Shown here: positions 1 through 10,240 of the stretch, one piece after another
Layout of the letters: each line of letters begins with the position of its first letter
Position numbering within the stretch: the stretch's first letter is position 1
Assembly: GCA_005884945.1 (NCBI GenBank)
Contig: VAYM01000109.1
Coordinates: 6,842 to 70,841 of the forward strand
Direction of reading: 5' to 3'
DNA from: Actinomycetota bacterium
GTDB taxonomy: Bacteria; Actinomycetota; Thermoleophilia; Gaiellales; Gaiellaceae
DNA: 64,000 nt
Notes under the pieces: model-generated
The model's input: only the letters and a program-made list of their open reading frames with translations
What the model was told of the DNA's origin: nothing
Database searches by the model: none
Translations under genes and position numbers: made by a program

Positions 1-150
1 GACGTCCTCGTGGCGTGTGACGAACCAGCGCTCCCGGCCTTCGTCGTAGAAGACTCGCGTGGCCTCTCGAAGACGGTTGAGCTCCGGGTACGGATCGTCC
101 AGGAACTCCGGATCGCCCGGGTCAAATGTAAGGATCTGATCCAGCGCCAC
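1..150 (-). CDS. cytochrome P450, N-terminal fragment (gene continues beyond the left window edge)
   Basis: Minus-strand translation from the GTG at 150 gives VALDQILTFDPGDPEFLDDPYPELNRLREATRVFYDEGRERWFVTRHEDV. This is the usual P450 N-terminal pattern (DP..PEF..DPYP...LR, W.vTR.eDV). An in-frame TAG lies 6 codons upstream of the GTG. Confidence 0.55.
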   Translation of the reverse strand, partial: MALDQILTFDPGDPEFLDDPYPELNRLREATRVFYDEGRERWFVTRHEDV

Positions 151-274
151 GGAGGAGACGGTATCGCCCTAACCGGCCCATCCGCGCCGCGTCTTAGTTC
201 ACATGAGGGTCTGAGGGGGTTAGCATCACCCTGGCCTAGTGGGCCATCTTGACCGCAGGAGGAGGAGGGCTTTC

Positions 275-1327
275 TTGAGCAAGACGCGATTTGCGGCAGG
301 CATTCTGGCTGCGCTCATGGCGTTTACCGCGCTGGCAGTCGTCTTGGCCGGCAGCGTGAGTGCCAAGCCGAAAGCGGCGAAGGCGACGTTCCAGGCTGCG
401 CTGGTCAGCGACGTCGGCCGCTTCAACGACAAGAGCTTCAACCAGTCGCAGCTCGCCGGGCTGAACAAGGCGAAGAGGGTCTTGAAGATCAAGGTGCTGC
501 CGATTCAGTCGAACAACACGAGCGACTACGTTCCGAACCTGACCACCGCCGTTCGCAAGGGCTCGAACATCGTCCTCGCGGCCGGGTTCCTGCTCGCGCC
601 GTCTCTCAAGGACATCGCGCAGCAGTTCCCGAAGACGCACTTCACGATCACGGACGACTTCGTGTCCTCGTCGACCGGTGACTTCAAGGGTGCGGACGTG
701 CACAACATCGAGGGCCTGACGTACGCGACGCAGGAGAACAGCTACCTGATCGGCTGCATGGCAGCCATGGTGGCGAAGTCGAAGTTCGGCAGTTCGACGA
801 TCGGCGTAGTCGGAGGCCTCAAGATCCCGCCGGTCGACACGTTCCTCGCCGGGTATCGGGCCGGTGCGAAGAAGTGCGTGCCGAGCTCCGTCGTGAAGAT
901 CGGCTACTCGCAGAGCTTCACGGCGCAGGACCTCTGCAAGAACGTCGCCGAGGACGAGATCGCGGGCGGCGCGAAGGTCATCTTCGGCGTCGCGGGTCTC
1001 TGCGGGCTCGGTGCACTCGGGGCCGCCAAGGACCACGGTCTCTTCGGGATCGGCGTCGACCAGGACCAGTCGTTCCTGGGGACGTACATCCTGACGAGCG
1101 CGGTCAAGCGGGTCGACGTCGGCGTCTTCAACGCCATCTCGCAGGCGAAGAAGGGCAAGTTCAAGGGCGGATCGAACCTCGTCTTCAACCTGAAGAACAA
1201 CGGCGTCGCCCTCGGCAAGATCAGCCCGCGCCTGACCGGAAAGCTGCGGAAGACAGTGCTCGCGAAGGTCGCGACCCTGAAGAAGCAGATCATCAAGGGG
1301 AAGATCAAGCCGCCGACGAACGTCTGA
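275..1327 (+). CDS. BMP-family ABC transporter substrate-binding protein (nucleoside type)
   Basis: The ORF is open from 239. A strong AGGAGGAGGAGG Shine-Dalgarno at 258-269 favours the TTG at 275. It has a signal-peptide-like N-terminus (ILAALMAFTALAVVLAGSVSA). The body resembles basic-membrane-protein/PnrA binders (ALVSDVGRFNDKSFNQ, GVVGGLKIPPV). It is the first gene of a 4-gene ABC operon. Confidence 0.85.
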   Translation: MSKTRFAAGILAALMAFTALAVVLAGSVSAKPKAAKATFQAALVSDVGRFNDKSFNQSQLAGLNKAKRVLKIKVLPIQSNNTSDYVPNLTTAVRKGSNIVLAAGFLLAPSLKDIAQQFPKTHFTITDDFVSSSTGDFKGADVHNIEGLTYATQENSYLIGCMAAMVAKSKFGSSTIGVVGGLKIPPVDTFLAGYRAGAKKCVPSSVVKIGYSQSFTAQDLCKNVAEDEIAGGAKVIFGVAGLCGLGALGAAKDHGLFGIGVDQDQSFLGTYILTSAVKRVDVGVFNAISQAKKGKFKGGSNLVFNLKNNGVALGKISPRLTGKLRKTVLAKVATLKKQIIKGKIKPPTNV

Positions 1328-1405
1328 TCCGACGCTCGGCGGAGTTGTGAGAGGCGGGTGCTCAACACCCGCCTCTCCCTTTCCTCGGGCATAGAATCGC
1401 CGCCC

Positions 1406-2935
1406 ATGGACGAGACTCCGGTCCTCGAGCTGCGCGGCATCACGAAGCAGTTCCCCGGCATCCTCGCGAACGACCACATCGACTTCGACCTGCGCGACGG
1501 CGAGGTGCACGCGCTCCTGGGCGAGAACGGCGCCGGCAAGTCGACGCTGATGAACATCGTCTACGGGCTGTACTCGGCCGACGACGGCGAGATCGCCATC
1601 AAGGGCAAACGGGTCCAGCTCTCGTCGCCGCACGATGCGATCGACCGCGGGATCGGGATGGTGCACCAGCACTTCATGCTGATCCCGGTGATGACGGTGA
1701 CGGAGAACATCGTCCTCGCGACGGAACCGAGAACCGGCGGCGTCCTCCTCGACTACTCGGCCGCGCGGCAACGCGTGCTCGAGCTCTCGAAGCGGTTCAA
1801 CTTCGCGATCGATCCCGACGCGAAGATCCAGAACATCACCGTCGGCCAGCAGCAGCGTGTCGAGATCCTCAAGGCGCTCTACCGGAACGCGGACATCCTG
1901 ATCCTCGACGAGCCGACCGCCGTCTTGACGCCGCAAGAGGCGACGGAGCTGTTCGCGATCCTCAAGGACCTCGTCGCGCAGGGACTCTCGATCATCTTCA
2001 TCAGCCACAAGCTCAACGAGGTGCTCGACATCGCCGATCGCATCACCGTCTTGCGGCGCGGGAAGAAGGTCGAGACGATCCCGCGCGAGGGCGCGACCGA
2101 GGAAGGGCTCGCACGCTCGATGGTCGGCCGCGAGGTCCTGCTCCGTGTCGACAAGACGAATGCGCGTCCCGGCGACAAGCTGCTCGAGGTCGAGGACCTG
2201 CGCGTGCTCGACGATCGGGAGCTCGAGGTCGTCCGCGGCGTGTCGTTCGACGTGCACGGAGGGGAGATCGTCGGCATCGCCGGCGTGGACGGGAACGGAC
2301 AGACGGAGCTGATCGACGCGCTCGCGGGCCTGCGGAAGCCGGCCGGCGGACGCATCCTGATCGGCGAGAAGGAGCTGACGGGAGCGAGCGCGCACGTCCG
2401 GCTCGAGGAGGGCCTCGGCCACATTCCCGAGGACCGTCAGCGGCGCGGACTCGTCCTCGACTTCTCGCTCGCGGAGAACATCGCGCTCCACGACTACGAC
2501 AAGCCGCCGTTCTCGCGCTGGGGCTGGCTCAACCCGCGTCGTGTGATCGAGCGCGCCAGCAGGCTGCTGACGGAGTACGACGTGCGCGGCGGCGCGCCGC
2601 GGACGCTTGCGGGAGCGCTCTCCGGCGGGAACCAGCAGAAAGTCGTGCTCGCGCGCGAGATCTCCCGCAACCCGCGCGTGCTCATCGCCGCGCAGCCGAC
2701 GCGCGGCCTCGACGTCGGCGCGATCGAGTTCGTCCACAAGCGGCTCGTCGCCGAGCGCGACACGGGGCGCGCCGTTCTGCTCGTCTCGCTCGAGCTCGAC
2801 GAGATCCTCTCGCTCTCGGACCGCATCCTCGTGCTCTACGAGGGCCAGATCGTGCGCGAGTTCAGTCCGGACGTCGGCGAAGAGGAGCTCGGGATCGCCA
2901 TGACCGGCGGGAGACGAGGAGAGGCCGCAGCTTGA
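1406..2935 (+). CDS. ABC transporter ATP-binding protein with two fused nucleotide-binding domains
   Basis: Start at MDETPVLELRGITKQF. Walker A GENGAGKST is present, with a second P-loop GVDGNGQTEL and the signature LSGGNQQK. The layout is typical of sugar/nucleoside importer ATPases. Confidence 0.9.
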   Translation: MDETPVLELRGITKQFPGILANDHIDFDLRDGEVHALLGENGAGKSTLMNIVYGLYSADDGEIAIKGKRVQLSSPHDAIDRGIGMVHQHFMLIPVMTVTENIVLATEPRTGGVLLDYSAARQRVLELSKRFNFAIDPDAKIQNITVGQQQRVEILKALYRNADILILDEPTAVLTPQEATELFAILKDLVAQGLSIIFISHKLNEVLDIADRITVLRRGKKVETIPREGATEEGLARSMVGREVLLRVDKTNARPGDKLLEVEDLRVLDDRELEVVRGVSFDVHGGEIVGIAGVDGNGQTELIDALAGLRKPAGGRILIGEKELTGASAHVRLEEGLGHIPEDRQRRGLVLDFSLAENIALHDYDKPPFSRWGWLNPRRVIERASRLLTEYDVRGGAPRTLAGALSGGNQQKVVLAREISRNPRVLIAAQPTRGLDVGAIEFVHKRLVAERDTGRAVLLVSLELDEILSLSDRILVLYEGQIVREFSPDVGEEELGIAMTGGRRGEAAA

Positions 2936-4242
2936 CCGACGTACCTCCCGATCTCGACCTCGAGCCCCGCGAGCCCGAGCCGCTCGCGGCCTCGCCGACG
3001 GCGTACGCGCCGAGCGTCGCGGAACGCCTCGCGATCCTCCAGCGCGCGGGCGGCGTGATCGTCCCGGTGATGACTGCGATCTTCGCGTTCCTGATGGGCG
3101 GGATCGTCGTCGCGGCGACCGGCCACAACCCGCTGAAGGTCTACAAGGGGATCATCTCCGGGACGGGATTGCCGTGGTTCGTCCACTTCGGGCACCACCA
3201 CATCGACATCCCGTTCACGCATCACCAGGTGTTCTTCTGGTGGGACACGTCGGTCGCGAACAACGACGCGTACAACCTCCAGCAGATGCTGATCATCGCG
3301 ACGACGCTGACCTTCACCGGGCTCGCCGTCGCGTTCGCGTTCCGCTGCGGGCTCTTCAACATCGGCGGCCAGGGCCAGTACCTGATCGGCGTCATCACCG
3401 GCCTCTGGATCGGGACCAAGTTCTCGGGCATGGGCCACCTCCCGCACATCCTGTTCGCCGTCGTCGTCGCGTCGCTCGCCGGCGCGTTATGGGCCGCGAT
3501 CGCCGGGTTCCTGAAGGCGACGACGGGAGCGCACGAGGTGATCTCGACGATCATGCTCAACTGGATCGCCTACTGGATCGGCAGCTGGGTCTTCGGGCAG
3601 GGCGGACCGCTCCAGAACTCGTTCAACAAGTCGCTGCCCGTCTCGAACGACGTCGTCCCGTCGGCGAAGCTGTGGGTGATCTGGGGGAACCCGGCGTTAC
3701 AGGCGTTGCACATCGGCTTCCTGGTCGCCCTCGCCGCGCTCGTCGCGTTTTGGTTCACGCTCAACCGGACGACGCTCGGCTACGAGGTGCGCGCGGTCGG
3801 CTTCAATCCGGAGGCGGCCCGCTACGGCGGCATCAGCGTCGCGAAGAACTACGTCGTCGCGATGGCCGTGGCCGGCATGTTCGCGGGTCTCGCGGGCGTG
3901 ATGGACATGCTCGGCTATCAGTACCGCTTCGGCGTCCTCGACGTGCAGACGTCGCAGATCGGCTTCATCGGCATTGCGGTCGCGCTGCTCGGCCGAAACA
4001 AGGCGATCGGCATCGGCCTCTCTGCGCTTCTGTTCGCGTCGTTGCTCTACGGGACCTCGACGCGAACGCTCGACCCGAGCGTGTTCCCGCCGACGCTCGC
4101 GAGCAACCTGACGTGGATGATCCAGGCGCTCGTGCTCCTGTTCATCGGCGCCGACGTCCTCATCCTCTACGTGTGGAACGCGCGGAGGAAGGTTTTGCGC
4201 GCGCCGAGGGCGCCGAGACCCCAGCCGACGGGGAGTAGCTGA
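2932..4242 (+). CDS. ABC transporter permease
   Basis: 436-aa polytopic membrane ORF. Its start overlaps the ATPase stop, and it sits in the BMP operon. Confidence 0.85.
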   Translation: MTDVPPDLDLEPREPEPLAASPTAYAPSVAERLAILQRAGGVIVPVMTAIFAFLMGGIVVAATGHNPLKVYKGIISGTGLPWFVHFGHHHIDIPFTHHQVFFWWDTSVANNDAYNLQQMLIIATTLTFTGLAVAFAFRCGLFNIGGQGQYLIGVITGLWIGTKFSGMGHLPHILFAVVVASLAGALWAAIAGFLKATTGAHEVISTIMLNWIAYWIGSWVFGQGGPLQNSFNKSLPVSNDVVPSAKLWVIWGNPALQALHIGFLVALAALVAFWFTLNRTTLGYEVRAVGFNPEAARYGGISVAKNYVVAMAVAGMFAGLAGVMDMLGYQYRFGVLDVQTSQIGFIGIAVALLGRNKAIGIGLSALLFASLLYGTSTRTLDPSVFPPTLASNLTWMIQALVLLFIGADVLILYVWNARRKVLRAPRAPRPQPTGSS

Positions 4243-5456
4243 TGGTCGCCCGCGCGGAGACGCCGCGCTGGACCGGGCTGGGCGCGCGGCAGATCGCCGT
4301 CGGCGGGATCCTCCTCGGCTGCTTCGCGTTCCTCGTCGCGTTGCCGCCGATCACAGCCCGTGCGCAGTGGTGGCCGCCGCTCCTCGGCATCCTCGCCATC
4401 GGGGCCGGTATCTGGTCGCTCACGCGCGGCGCCCGGCGGCCCGGGTGGTTCGCAATCGCCGCGGGCATCCTTGGCGTCGGGCTCGGCATCCTGGCAACGC
4501 AGGCGAGCTCGGGAAACCTCGACTACGTCGTCAACTGGGCGCCGCTCTTCAGCGCCATGTTCGTGTTCGCGACGCCGCTGACGTACGCGGCCCTCGGCGG
4601 GATGTTCTCGGAGCGGAGCGGCGTCGTGAACATCGGCCTCGAGGGAATGATGCTGACCGGCGCGTTCTTCGCGGTCCTCGGCGCGGACAAGCTCGGCAAC
4701 TGGTTCTTCGGAATCGTCTGCGCGATCATCGCCGGCGGCCTGCTCGCGCTCATCCACGCGTTCGTCTCGATCCATCTCCGCGCCGACCAGATCGTGAGCG
4801 GAACCGCGATCAACTTCCTCGCGCTCGGCGTCACGGGCTACTTCTTCTACAAGGTCTACGGCGAGCAGGGGACGCCGGGATCGATCTCGCAGGTCCCTGA
4901 CCGACCGCGGCTCGGGTTTTTGAGCCACATCCCCTGGGCCGGGCATTTCCTGTACGAGGTGTTCGGCACGTTGAACCTCTTGATCTGGTTCGCGTTCCTG
5001 ATGCTGATCGTGTCGCACATCGTCGTCTTCCGAACGCCGATCGGCCTGCGCATCCGCGCCGTCGGCGAGCACCCGCGCGCGGCGGACACGGTCGGAATCT
5101 CCGTCTACGGCGTCCGCTACGCCGCCGTCGTGCTGTCGGGGATGCTCGCCGCGCTCGGCGGTGCGTACCTGTCGATCGGCTTCGTCGGGTCGTTCAACGA
5201 GAACATGACCGCCGGGCGCGGCTTCATCGGTCTCGCCGCGCTCATCTTCGGCAACTGGCGTCCGTTCGGCGCGTTCGCCGCGGCGCTCCTGTTCGGCTTC
5301 TCGACCGCGCTGGCCTTCCGCCTCGGACAACCGTGGGGGAACGCGGCCGTCCTCTTCCAGGCGCTTCCGTACGTGTTGACCCTGATCGCTGTCGCCGGCG
5401 TGATCGGCCGGTCGATCCCGCCCGCGGCGAGTGGCCGGCCCTACCGCAAGCAGTAG
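4242..5456 (+). CDS. ABC transporter permease
   Basis: 404-aa polytopic membrane ORF with a 1-nt overlap with the preceding permease. It is the second permease of the BMP-type transporter. Confidence 0.85.
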   Translation: MVARAETPRWTGLGARQIAVGGILLGCFAFLVALPPITARAQWWPPLLGILAIGAGIWSLTRGARRPGWFAIAAGILGVGLGILATQASSGNLDYVVNWAPLFSAMFVFATPLTYAALGGMFSERSGVVNIGLEGMMLTGAFFAVLGADKLGNWFFGIVCAIIAGGLLALIHAFVSIHLRADQIVSGTAINFLALGVTGYFFYKVYGEQGTPGSISQVPDRPRLGFLSHIPWAGHFLYEVFGTLNLLIWFAFLMLIVSHIVVFRTPIGLRIRAVGEHPRAADTVGISVYGVRYAAVVLSGMLAALGGAYLSIGFVGSFNENMTAGRGFIGLAALIFGNWRPFGAFAAALLFGFSTALAFRLGQPWGNAAVLFQALPYVLTLIAVAGVIGRSIPPAASGRPYRKQ

Positions 5457-5781
5457 ACGAAGGGCCTGGCTCGCGCTCGTGCTCGGCATCGCCGGCGTCG
5501 TGACCATGCCCGTGGCCGTGATCCTCGCGCACCGATCACATCGGTTCGGGATCCTCGACGCGTCGTATGCCGTCCCCGTCGCGTTCGTCCTCGGCATGCT
5601 CGCCGTCGGGATGGCGAGCCGCGCGAAGAAGAACCTCGCCTGGCTGCGGCTCGACGGCGGCGGAACGGGCGTCGCGAGCGCCGGCGTCGTCCTCGGCGTG
5701 CTCGCCCTCTCACTCGCGCTGATGGCCGCGCTGTCAGTCGGGTTCTACGAAGCGATTCGGTACTACCAGCACCACCACTGA
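5431..5781 (+). CDS. small hypothetical membrane protein
   Basis: 116-aa ORF with very high third-position GC and three or four hydrophobic helices. No recognisable family. The start is uncertain. Confidence 0.5.
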   Translation: MAGPTASSRRRAWLALVLGIAGVVTMPVAVILAHRSHRFGILDASYAVPVAFVLGMLAVGMASRAKKNLAWLRLDGGGTGVASAGVVLGVLALSLALMAALSVGFYEAIRYYQHHH

Positions 5782-5881
5782 CGAAGGCGTCGCTTGCGAT
5801 GCCCCCAGAGGAGGAGCAGGCTTCGACCCGAACGACGCTCCCAATCACGCACCTCGGGACGCTAGGATCCGGCGGCCGCCG

Positions 5882-6619
5882 ATGTTCGAGATCGGATCCA
5901 GCTTACGAGAGGCACGTCTGCGCCAAGCGCTCGACTTCCCCGAGCTCGAGCAGGCGACGAAGATCCGCGGCAAGTACCTGCGGGCGCTCGAGGACGAGCA
6001 GTTCGACCTCCTGCCCGCGCAGACGTACGTCAAGGGCTTCCTCAGGTCGTACGCCGAGTACCTCGGGCTCGACGGGCAGCTCTACGTCGACGAGTACAAC
6101 TCGCGGTACGTCGTCGATCACGACGACTCGCTGCTCCTCCCGCGCCGCTCCGGTTCGAGACCGGCGCCGCCGCCGCGCGTGCAGAGCCGCGTCGTCCTCC
6201 TGACGCTGCTCGGTATCGCGCTCGTGACGGCGCTCGTCATCGTGGCGTGGACGCGGGGCGGCGCCCAGAACCAGAACATCCCGGGTCTCGGGACGCAGGA
6301 GACATCGACGCAGGCGAAGCCGCTCGCGCCGGTGGTGCAGCCGCGGCGCGTGACGGCGGCGAGGTTCGAGGTGCGTGCCGTACTCGACTCGAGCTGGCTT
6401 CAGGTTCACCGCGGCTCGCTCGCCGGCCCGATCGTCTACCAGGGGACGCTCGAGAAGGGCCAGACACAGCTCTTCGTCGGACGCCGTCTCTGGATCGACA
6501 TCGGCCGTCCGGAAGTGCTGCAGGCGCGACTCAACGGCACGGTCGTCCACCTGCCGACCGGCGGCCCGAAGGTGGTCGTCGTGACCGCCCGCCGCGTGCG
6601 CGTCTCGAACGGCGCGTAG
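5882..6619 (+). CDS. RodZ-like helix-turn-helix membrane protein
   Basis: N-terminus MFEIGSSLREARLRQALDFPELEQATKIRGKYLRALEDEQFDLLP..YVKGFLRSYAEYLGLD is the RodZ/XRE-type HTH. It is followed by one TM helix and a C-terminal beta domain. Confidence 0.75.
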   Translation: MFEIGSSLREARLRQALDFPELEQATKIRGKYLRALEDEQFDLLPAQTYVKGFLRSYAEYLGLDGQLYVDEYNSRYVVDHDDSLLLPRRSGSRPAPPPRVQSRVVLLTLLGIALVTALVIVAWTRGGAQNQNIPGLGTQETSTQAKPLAPVVQPRRVTAARFEVRAVLDSSWLQVHRGSLAGPIVYQGTLEKGQTQLFVGRRLWIDIGRPEVLQARLNGTVVHLPTGGPKVVVVTARRVRVSNGA

Positions 6620-6620
6620 C

Positions 6621-7753
6621 GTGGAACGGCCTCGTGCCGTCCTCGTGATCACAGGGAGCGAGTTGGTGCGCGGCGACCGCACGGACCGCAACGGGCCGTG
6701 GCTCGCGCAACAAGTGCTCCGGCTCGGATTCGAGCCTGCGCGGATCGAGATCGTCGGCGATCGTCCCGTCGAGCTCGAGGGTGCGCTCCGGGACGGGTTG
6801 CAGGCCGATCTCTGCGTCGTCTCGGGCGGGCTCGGGCCGACGCACGACGACCGCACCGTCGAGATCGTCGCCCGGGCAGCCGGCGTCGGCCTGCACCTGG
6901 AGGACGAGCTGCATCGCGAGATCGGCGACGTGTCGCGGGCTTTCGCGGAGCGCACCGGCCGTCCGTACGCGGACTTCGAGCCGGGCGTGCGCAAGCAGGC
7001 GACGATCCCCGACGGCGCAGTGAACATCGGTCTCGCCGGAACCGCACCCGGTCTCGTCCTGGAAACGGAGCGAGCGATCGTCGTCGTTCTGCCCGGCCCG
7101 CCCGGCGAGCTCCAACGTCTGACGGGGTGGAGGCGACGGTGTGCGCGCGCGACTTCGAGATCCACGTCGACCTGGTCGTCGATCCGGGCGCGGTGAAGCG
7201 CGCGGAGGAGCTCGTCGACCGGCTGCTCGATCCGCTGGGCCGGTATCTCTTCGCCGAGGCAGACGCGCCGGTGGCAGCGCTTGTCCTCGCTTCGTGCCGC
7301 GCGCGCGAATGGACGCTCGCGACGGCCGAGTCGTGCACCGGCGGGATGGTTGCAGAGCGCCTGACGGCGATCGCCGGCGCCAGCGACGTCTTCGTCGGCT
7401 CGGTCGTCGCGTACTCGGACGGCGTGAAGGCGCGCGAGCTCAGCGTGTCGCTTGACGTGCTCGCGCGGCACGGCGCGGTTTCCGCCGAGGCGGCCGCTGC
7501 GATGGCTTCGGGTGTGCGCGAACGGCTCGGGGCGGACGTCGGGGTCGCGGTCACGGGAATCGCCGGGCCTGGCGGTGGCAGCGAGGAGAAGCCGGTCGGG
7601 CTCGTGTACGTCCACGCCGAGACCCCGGAGCGGGAGCGCGGCGTCGAGTTCCAGTTTCCCGGCGACCGCGACAGCATCCGGCGTCGCGCCACCGTCACCG
7701 CGTTACACCTGCTCCGGCGCCTTTTGACACAGACTCGCGACGAACCCGTGTGA
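6621..7753 (+). pseudogene. cinA: cinA (competence/damage-inducible protein A), apparently frameshifted and lacking part of the middle domain
   Basis: The N-terminal MoCF-type domain is in frame 3 (VLVITGSELVRG...SGGLGPTHDD...LPGPPGELQRL), and homology stops near 7120. The C-terminal PncC-type domain is in frame 2 from about 7127 (FEIHVDLVV...ATAESCTGG...VTGIAGPGGG) and runs to 7753. The total is about 40-50 aa shorter than typical full-length CinA. Confidence 0.7.
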
Positions 7754-8298
7754 AGGGTCCGGCTAGCGTTGGCGGGCGTGAACGCGCTCGTCTCTTCTGC
7801 GCCCTTCGTCTTTCCGACGACGTCCTCGACGCCGTCGAGGCGTGGGGGGCCGAGCACCTCGCGGAGCGGATCGTCCCGCGGCCCAACCTCCACATCACGC
7901 TGGCGTTCCTCGGCCACCGTCCCGTGGCTGAGCTGGACGGCATCTGCGAGGCGACCCGCGCCGCAGCCGCCCGCGCGGGGCCGATCCGCCTCGAGCCGAT
8001 CCGCTACCGGGAGACGCGGAGCGTCGGGATGCTCGCGCTGGACGACGAAGGCGGCGCTGCGTCCACGCTCGCACTGGATCTCCACGTCCGGCTCGAGCGG
8101 CTCGGCGTGTACGAGCGGGAGGCGCGGACCTGGCTGCCGCATCTCACGGTCGTCCGGTTCCGGCAGCGGCCTCGGCTCGATCCGCCGCTCCCTCCGCTCG
8201 GGCGGTTCAGTCCGTCCGACGCGACTGTTTACCTTTCTCGGCTGTCGCCTTCAGGGGCGCAGTACGACGTCGTCGAATCATTTGCCCTAGGAGGTTGA
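7750..8298 (+). CDS. thpR: RNA 2',3'-cyclic phosphodiesterase (2H phosphoesterase, LigT/ThpR family)
   Basis: Two H-x-T-x motifs are present ([10 protein letters not shown] and LPHLTVVRF). Size is 182 aa. The GTG start overlaps the cinA stop. Confidence 0.8.
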   Translation: MKGPASVGGRERARLFCALRLSDDVLDAVEAWGAEHLAERIVPRPNLHITLAFLGHRPVAELDGICEATRAAAARAGPIRLEPIRYRETRSVGMLALDDEGGAASTLALDLHVRLERLGVYEREARTWLPHLTVVRFRQRPRLDPPLPPLGRFSPSDATVYLSRLSPSGAQYDVVESFALGG

Positions 8299-8303
8299 AC
8301 CAG

Positions 8304-9392
<1,089 letters not shown>

Positions 9393-9395
9393 GGC

Positions 9396-9983
9396 GTGGC
9401 GGTCGTCACCGCGCTCCGCGCGCAACGGCCCGGCCGCGTCGCGGTCGACCTCGACGGTGCGGCGTGGCGCACCTTGCCCGCGGAGCCGGTCCTGCGCGCC
9501 GGGCTGCGCGTCGGCGTCGAGATCGACCGGCCGACGGCGCGGCGGCTCCGACGCGAACTCCGGCGCGCCGAGGCGCTCGCCGTGGCGGGCCGGGCGCTGG
9601 AGGCACGCGATCTGTCCGCGCGGCTGCTGGAGGAGCGGCTCCGGCGCCGGAAGGTGGCGCCGGAGGCCCGCAGGGAGGCCCTGGCGGCTCTCGAGAGGGC
9701 CGGGGTCGTCGACGATCGGCGCGTCGCCGCCTCCCGCGCATCGGCCCTGGCGAGCCGAGGCTACGGCGACGCGGCGATCGCTGCCGACCTGGAGCGCCGA
9801 GGCGTCCCCCGGGAGGCGAGCGTCGAGGCGTTGCGCGCCCTCGCCCCCGAAGCCGACCGGGCCCGCAAGGTCGTCGCAGAGCGGGGTGCAGGGACGAAAA
9901 CGGCCCGCTTCCTGGCCTCGAAGGGCTTCGGAGAGGAGGCGATCGAGTCGGCTTTTGGTGCCGATTTTGCCAACAGGCCCTGA
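9396..9983 (+). CDS. recX: recombination regulator RecX
   Basis: 195-aa helical-repeat ORF immediately downstream of recA. The N-terminus (VTALRAQRPGRVAVDLDG..W..LP) is typical of RecX. Confidence 0.8.
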   Translation: MAVVTALRAQRPGRVAVDLDGAAWRTLPAEPVLRAGLRVGVEIDRPTARRLRRELRRAEALAVAGRALEARDLSARLLEERLRRRKVAPEARREALAALERAGVVDDRRVAASRASALASRGYGDAAIAADLERRGVPREASVEALRALAPEADRARKVVAERGAGTKTARFLASKGFGEEAIESAFGADFANRP

Positions 9984-10240
9984 ACCGGGGTAGGATGCAG
10001 ATTGCCTCATCCGACGTTTTTCCTGCTCAACGGCTTTTCCGAATCGAAACTGCTGAACTGAAACCAGTGTCCACCCTCGAGCACGCCGACACCGAAAGGC
10101 CAGCGACAGCGGAGCGCTAGTTCTCGCTTCACTCGAGCCGAGGTGTCGGCTCGCATCACCGATTCGGGATTTCCCGTTTGCCGGTTCGCGCCGGGTGCGG
10201 TCGCGGCGATGCCGCAGACAACCGACTCAGGAGAGCGAAC

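Noticed and set aside
207-217. GGGTCTGAGGG upstream of the BMP transporter, identical to the core of the 17-nt tandem repeat at 34 kb. I considered a shared regulatory motif.
   Set aside because: One extra occurrence of a G-rich 11-mer in 128 kb of two-strand, 70% GC sequence is not clearly beyond chance by my rough estimate. It is mentioned only inside the related finding.
10-252. Plus-strand 80-aa ORF at the left edge.
   Set aside because: The opposite strand encodes a recognisable cytochrome P450 N-terminus over 1-150. The plus-strand ORF has no family resemblance.
236-2737. Very long ORFs in the six-frame track. Examples are 236-2737(-), 5903-7615(-), 8229-10010(-), 14195-15907(-), 37982-40126(+) and 55613-58066(+). 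The 5' parts of 21516-26489(+) and 37862-42034(-) belong to the same group.
   Set aside because: Their translations are Arg/Asp/Pro/Gly-rich and low-complexity. They run antisense or out of frame to genes with clear family signatures. This is typical shadow-ORF behaviour in ~70% GC DNA.
9984-10240. The 257-nt spacer upstream of rny has a lower-GC stretch and a 9-bp long-range complement (GCCGACACC at 10085-93 with GGTGTCGGC at 10142-50). I considered a regulatory leader.
   Set aside because: A single stem without supporting structure or a known motif is too weak to report as a finding.
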